IMG/VR virus record: IMGVR_UViG_3300005913_000002
Reading direction: 5' to 3' (one strand)
Length of the DNA stretch: 64,000 nt
From: a virus
The stretch's first letter is position 1, and each line of letters begins with the position of its first letter. Position numbers and translations under genes: made by a program. Of the stretch, positions 60,601 to 64,000 are shown in pieces. The notes below the pieces were generated by a model. That model did no database searches, was not told the DNA's origin, and was given only the letters and a program-made list of their open reading frames with translations.

Positions 60601-63600
60601 TTCGACTACAGGTAGATTTACATTTGGTTATAATCCGTATGTAGGTACAAATCAAATATGGCACGCAGGAAACTTAACTGATGCAAGTCAGTTGGGCAAC
60701 AGTGGCGGATATGTCGGCGCTGGCGGCATTGCAACATTTCAATATGTAAGAACAACAGGCGGCGGCCTTGCTGATACTTCTGGAACATCATCAGCACTAA
60801 GAATCTATGCTCCTGGAGGAGCAGCATACGCTACTGGAACTAATGCAGTAACTGGTGCTATTAAAATTCGGTTACCGCAGTATCGTTCATCTACAATGAT
60901 GAGAATGACTGTCAAGATTTTCGAATACGCTGGTGGAACTGGTGCAGGAACTAGTAGAAGTATCGAACTAGGCGGATACAACTATGGTCCAGGCGGCTGG
61001 TATAACACTTTTGCTACACAAGAAACTGACGGTGGCGGAAACATTAATGTACGCTTCGGACATGACGGAACGAAAAATGCTATCTGGATTGGAGAAACCG
61101 GAACAGTATGGTCATACCCACAAATTTTTGTTACAGAGTTTCAAGCAGGGTACAATAATTTTGGATATACACAATGGGTAGACGGCTGGTCGGTTAGTAT
61201 AGACAGTAGTTTTGGTACAGTTGAAACCAACATAACTGCTGCAAGAATTCACACTAGCGATAACCTAACTAACCTAAGTCAGTTGACTAACGGTCCTAGT
61301 TTTGTATCTGCATACTATACAGGACCTACTGACTTCCGTGGTGGCGATCACATGTTTACATCTGAAGGAACTGGCGCCAGCACTATCAACAACAGCACCT
61401 ATGCTCTACAAGTTGGTCCCTTTAACAATCGTATTACAACTGCAAACAGTTACTACGGCGGTATTGCGTTTAACCATTTGTTAAACTACAGCGGCGGTAC
61501 ATTAAACGACGACAGCACAAGTTATAATACTTCGCCGCATGCATGGATAGGTTTGCGATTGCATGATACTCCTGGTAGCGAACGAAGTTTCTTAGTATTT
61601 GCTACCAAGCCAGGTACTGGTACTAGTAATGCTGGCGCAGACATACCTAACGAACGTATGACAATTGATCCAGTTAATGGATATGTTGGTATTAATGTAC
61701 CTGATCCTACTCATAGATTACATGTTAACGGTGACGTTCGTTTCCAAGGCAATAGTCGTGCGTACTTTGGTCCTAATAGTACATGGGGTGCAGATTTAAT
61801 TATCGGCGGCAATGGTAGAACTGACGCTACTAAGTCTACTGTGGCGGCAACTAATGGAAATTTACACATTGACGCTGCTAACGGCTATGATTTGTACTTA
61901 AACTATTACAGCGGCCGTCCTATATATGCAAGAGGCAGCAATACAAACTGGGACAGTGGTAATTTAAGTAATTTAAGTCAGTTGACTAACGGTCCGGGAT
62001 TTATTACATCGAGCGGTTCAGCAGGCAGCATCAGTGGTGTCACTATTGATCGTATTGTTTACGGACAAAATTCTACTAAAACAACAGAAACCGGGTTAAC
62101 ACAAGCACTTTCTTCTGGATTCTATAACGCCTATAACAACGGTACTCCTACAGGTACATGGTATACTGCAATACATGTTCGCCATACTAACACTGGTAAT
62201 AATTACGGCGGCCAGATTGCAATGAGTTTCTACAACGACGGTGATATTTACAATCGTCGCATTGAAAACGGCAGTTACAGTACTTGGCGTAAAATTTGGA
62301 ACAACTTTAATTTAACTAACCTAAGTCAGTTGACTAACGGACCTGGATTTTTAGGCAAGTTTGGTAATACTTATTATCAATTAGATACATGGTTGCAAGG
62401 TACAGGAACACACGGCTTATATTTTCCAAGCAGTGGAGCAGGAACACACTTCCATCCTAACCCTGCAACTTACGGTTCATTCTTAGTCCAAGGAAGCAAG
62501 AACGGATATTGGGGCCAGATGTATTTGACCAGCACAGGTCAGCAGGGTATGATGACCTCCGGAAACCTTGTTGGCTGGTACAATCATAGCGGTGGATGGA
62601 AGTTCCGTTTCAACAGCGGTGATGTGTTCTACGTCTATAGTGCATCAAACGGAGGCGGCTCTGCAAGAACAGTATGGCATAATGGTAACTTAACTAACCT
62701 AAGTCAATTGACTAACGGACCGGGCTTTGTTACAGGAGCAAGTCAGTCATTAAGTTACAGAGGAGCAATAACAGGCGGCTCTCAAACAGAAGGAGTATTA
62801 AACTCCGGTTGGTACACAGTAAACGAATCAGGATATGGCACATTCTTGTTCCATATGGGCGGCGCCACTTCATCTACTCGTAGTGTTCAAATGTATTTCC
62901 ACTACGATGATCGCATGTGGATTAGAACTGGACGAAACAGTGAAACACAATGGGACGGTGTTGGAAGATATTCTAGATTAGTATGGACCAATGGATCATT
63001 GACTAACCTAAGTCAATTGACTAACGGACCGGGATTTGTTTCAAGTGGGAGCAGTCCTACATTCCAGGAAGTTTATGTCAACGGTTGGTTCCGTAACAAC
63101 ACTAGTGGCAACGGTTTATATAACCAGGGAAACGCAAACCACTGGTATGCAAGCGCAGGCAACTACTGGGACACTGGGCTAACTACGTCTGGCGGTATTA
63201 GACTGCGTATTGGTTATAATGGTACGGTTAGAGGACACTTATATTGTGATACTAGCAGCAACTCAGGTCTATTAAACCAAAGCGGCTCGTGGAAAGTTCG
63301 TGTTAATGGTAGCGACACTGAAATTTACGATCTGTTATATTGGAATGATGGCCGTGGATACATCTTCTACGATAGAAACAATACTGGTTATTATGTAGAC
63401 CCTGCAAGTACATCTAACCTTAACGTTATTAACAATGAAGGTCAATATGGTAGATGGTGGGAACCAAAGGGCGTAGGTGGCAACAGCGGTAACGGTGGCC
63501 ACGCATATAGAATTTTCCAAGAAGGCGGTGGCTGGGGATTTCCATATCCTGACTTACGTATTGCATTCCATACTGGTATTAAGTTTGGTGCAAACACAAG

Positions 63601-64000
63601 TTATGAAGGTATGCGTTTCTACACTGATTACGATATGAGTAGTCGTGTTATGCAGGTCAACGGTGGTTCGAACTATATCTACATGGACCGCTGGATTAAC
63701 GTTGCTGGTAGCCAAGGTATATTTTCTGGTACCAACGGTGCCCACTTTTATCCAAATAACGCAACTTACGGAGCATGGAGAGTAGACGGAACACGAAATG
63801 GTTGGTGTGGTATACACTTTACTACTAGTGTAGCGTTAATGATGAATAACAATGACGGTGGTATTCATCGAGAAGGTGATGGATGGAAGTTTTATTTTAG
63901 TGGTAATAACATTTATGCAAGAGGAGAAGTTACTGCTTACTGGTCAGATCGTAGATTAAAACAAGATATTACTCCGTTAACAAAAGGTTCTGGTCTAGAA
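57656..64000 (+). CDS. Long distal tail fibre (over 2100 aa, truncated at window end): collagen-like shaft, modular domains, start of a peptidase S74-type intramolecular chaperone
   Basis: ATG 57656 (MAINFDTNTPG...). The same frame reads ...ARGEVTAYWSDRRLKQDITPL at the window end (SDxRLK autocleavage motif), and all six internal repeats are in this frame. Absent from the ORF track, consistent with having no stop in the window. Confidence 0.85.
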   Translation, partial: MAINFDTNTPGSVTLKSPSTGTVTLTLPDTANTSGWQLVLADNTGTLEFVPPGTGASGVAGVDGATGATGPIGASGATGATGPVGASGAAGANGSTGATGPIGSTGLSGTVGNAGSTGATGFTGATGATGATGFTGATGGIGATGAAGGAGSAGATGASGLGYDVTSTTSHPTAVGTRTFTVNKANAYVIGGRVQITSTAVPTNYIQGTVTGIVGLNITVSVDSVAGFPGQTYSSWKFSVAGLNGTTGATGQTGAFGSTGATGPGGNTGNDGATGATGIQGNQGSTGATGPQGASGSAGGAGNQGSTGATGYTGTTGATGATGLQGTTGATGPSGVGGTTGATGFNGSTGATGPRGAGTWTPILGTGVSSTDYTVFTKTGGSNGAWDVHVYSAEGFVRGAAVAARAGGTATYRVMFGLNSDPAANASFSSIDYSYYMNNGSVAIYESGASVAGSWGTYTTSTEFQITYDGYFVRYYKDGVMQREVSRIMGTALYFDSSFNYTNNSLTNVSFGMAGELGPEGAAGAGIGAGGANQVIYKDSGNLFAGSNNLTFDGSNLNIGGALQFDGKINWDSTTGTTQKGSPTIAFHSVRSGLKHPSYLDENFLSGSNNINVYNNSGGSNVTITRTANNSTINAPTTSGYVLTINHTGTVASPGFGGFNFAVGTRANAILVSTFTAKLPTGRTINWGSNAIGTNGTSYWLTNNTGTGKWEEYSYVVICGNSGSFSSTHFFYVTGGAAPSAGAPLTWYLASSAIYDVTDQRSDVLYLDRVGSTPNIKGYGEGQIIIDGSTTGKGVYLNHYVNGNVYAASGGGKLAVGGGTGPTYTLDVYGTGAVRDYFRITNAGGAQKLLMGNQDSSGTNNPNIITAANGTLSFGTGNTWATSGGTVSNFATFASAGATIVAGSGTTPALKINPGGNSWSEGIRINPSPGGWSGLYLPSTADVTGGTWLIGKAGGLANQFILMKNGFTGSVAVRSDAAFDVSSTTGRFTFGYNPYVGTNQIWHAGNLTDASQLGNSGGYVGAGGIATFQYVRTTGGGLADTSGTSSALRIYAPGGAAYATGTNAVTGAIKIRLPQYRSSTMMRMTVKIFEYAGGTGAGTSRSIELGGYNYGPGGWYNTFATQETDGGGNINVRFGHDGTKNAIWIGETGTVWSYPQIFVTEFQAGYNNFGYTQWVDGWSVSIDSSFGTVETNITAARIHTSDNLTNLSQLTNGPSFVSAYYTGPTDFRGGDHMFTSEGTGASTINNSTYALQVGPFNNRITTANSYYGGIAFNHLLNYSGGTLNDDSTSYNTSPHAWIGLRLHDTPGSERSFLVFATKPGTGTSNAGADIPNERMTIDPVNGYVGINVPDPTHRLHVNGDVRFQGNSRAYFGPNSTWGADLIIGGNGRTDATKSTVAATNGNLHIDAANGYDLYLNYYSGRPIYARGSNTNWDSGNLSNLSQLTNGPGFITSSGSAGSISGVTIDRIVYGQNSTKTTETGLTQALSSGFYNAYNNGTPTGTWYTAIHVRHTNTGNNYGGQIAMSFYNDGDIYNRRIENGSYSTWRKIWNNFNLTNLSQLTNGPGFLGKFGNTYYQLDTWLQGTGTHGLYFPSSGAGTHFHPNPATYGSFLVQGSKNGYWGQMYLTSTGQQGMMTSGNLVGWYNHSGGWKFRFNSGDVFYVYSASNGGGSARTVWHNGNLTNLSQLTNGPGFVTGASQSLSYRGAITGGSQTEGVLNSGWYTVNESGYGTFLFHMGGATSSTRSVQMYFHYDDRMWIRTGRNSETQWDGVGRYSRLVWTNGSLTNLSQLTNGPGFVSSGSSPTFQEVYVNGWFRNNTSGNGLYNQGNANHWYASAGNYWDTGLTTSGGIRLRIGYNGTVRGHLYCDTSSNSGLLNQSGSWKVRVNGSDTEIYDLLYWNDGRGYIFYDRNNTGYYVDPASTSNLNVINNEGQYGRWWEPKGVGGNSGNGGHAYRIFQEGGGWGFPYPDLRIAFHTGIKFGANTSYEGMRFYTDYDMSSRVMQVNGGSNYIYMDRWINVAGSQGIFSGTNGAHFYPNNATYGAWRVDGTRNGWCGIHFTTSVALMMNNNDGGIHREGDGWKFYFSGNNIYARGEVTAYWSDRRLKQDITPLTKGSGLE
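57811..58725 (+). repeat. Collagen-like Gly-X-Y repeats (GAT-rich) in two blocks
   Basis: GATGATGPIGASGATG... at about 57811-58140 and 58379-58725, including an exact duplication of ACCGGTGCTACAGGATTTACTGGTGC. Confidence 0.85.
60671..63037 (+). repeat. Six dispersed in-frame 42-bp repeats (NLTNLSQLTNGPGF) with palindromic core AGTCA(A/G)TTGACT
   Basis: Copies start at 60671 (degenerate), 61262, 61961, 62309, 62687 and 62996. Confidence 0.9.

Noticed and set aside
60671-63037. Repeat-spacer pattern as a CRISPR array
   Set aside because: Spacers are 270-660 bp, in frame and protein-coding; no cas genes are present.
1-64000. Alternative genetic code (stop-codon reassignment), as in some large phages
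   Set aside because: Genes are full length and tightly packed under code 11; TAG is rare as a stop but no gene needs readthrough.
57656-64000. Diversity-generating retroelement target in the fibre gene
   Set aside because: No reverse transcriptase and no TR/VR pair differing only at adenines is seen in this window.

Overview
This is a 64 kb segment of a large, AT-rich T4-like myophage genome (T4 superfamily, divergent from T4 itself), read in the standard genetic code. From left to right: a minus-strand baseplate module (partial wedge protein, gp6, gp25, gp5 with a lytic transglycosylase, hub, gp53/LysM-like protein, tube initiator). Then a sigma70-driven island (gp55 late sigma, gp47/gp46 nuclease, two Hc1-like small proteins, a stand-alone GIY-YIG nuclease) followed by about 480 nt of highly structured non-coding sequence. 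Next come a gp26/gp51-like chaperone pair divergent from a tape-measure gene, the head module (portal gp20, core, protease gp21, scaffold gp22, major capsid gp23), and about 37 kb of very large virion/fibre genes. The last fibre gene (57656 to beyond 64000) was missed by the ORF track. Four observations stand out. (1) Two giant virion proteins carry 22 tandem domains of about 160 aa that align with phycobiliprotein subunits and keep the bilin-attachment C-x-R-D motif. (2) A candidate large ncRNA is coupled to a minimal GIY-YIG nuclease. (3) In-frame palindromic DNA repeats divide the distal tail fibre into cassettes. (4) A probable -1 ribosomal frameshift joins the gp26-like and gp51-like ORFs. 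All product calls come from motif recognition by eye; no database searches were run.
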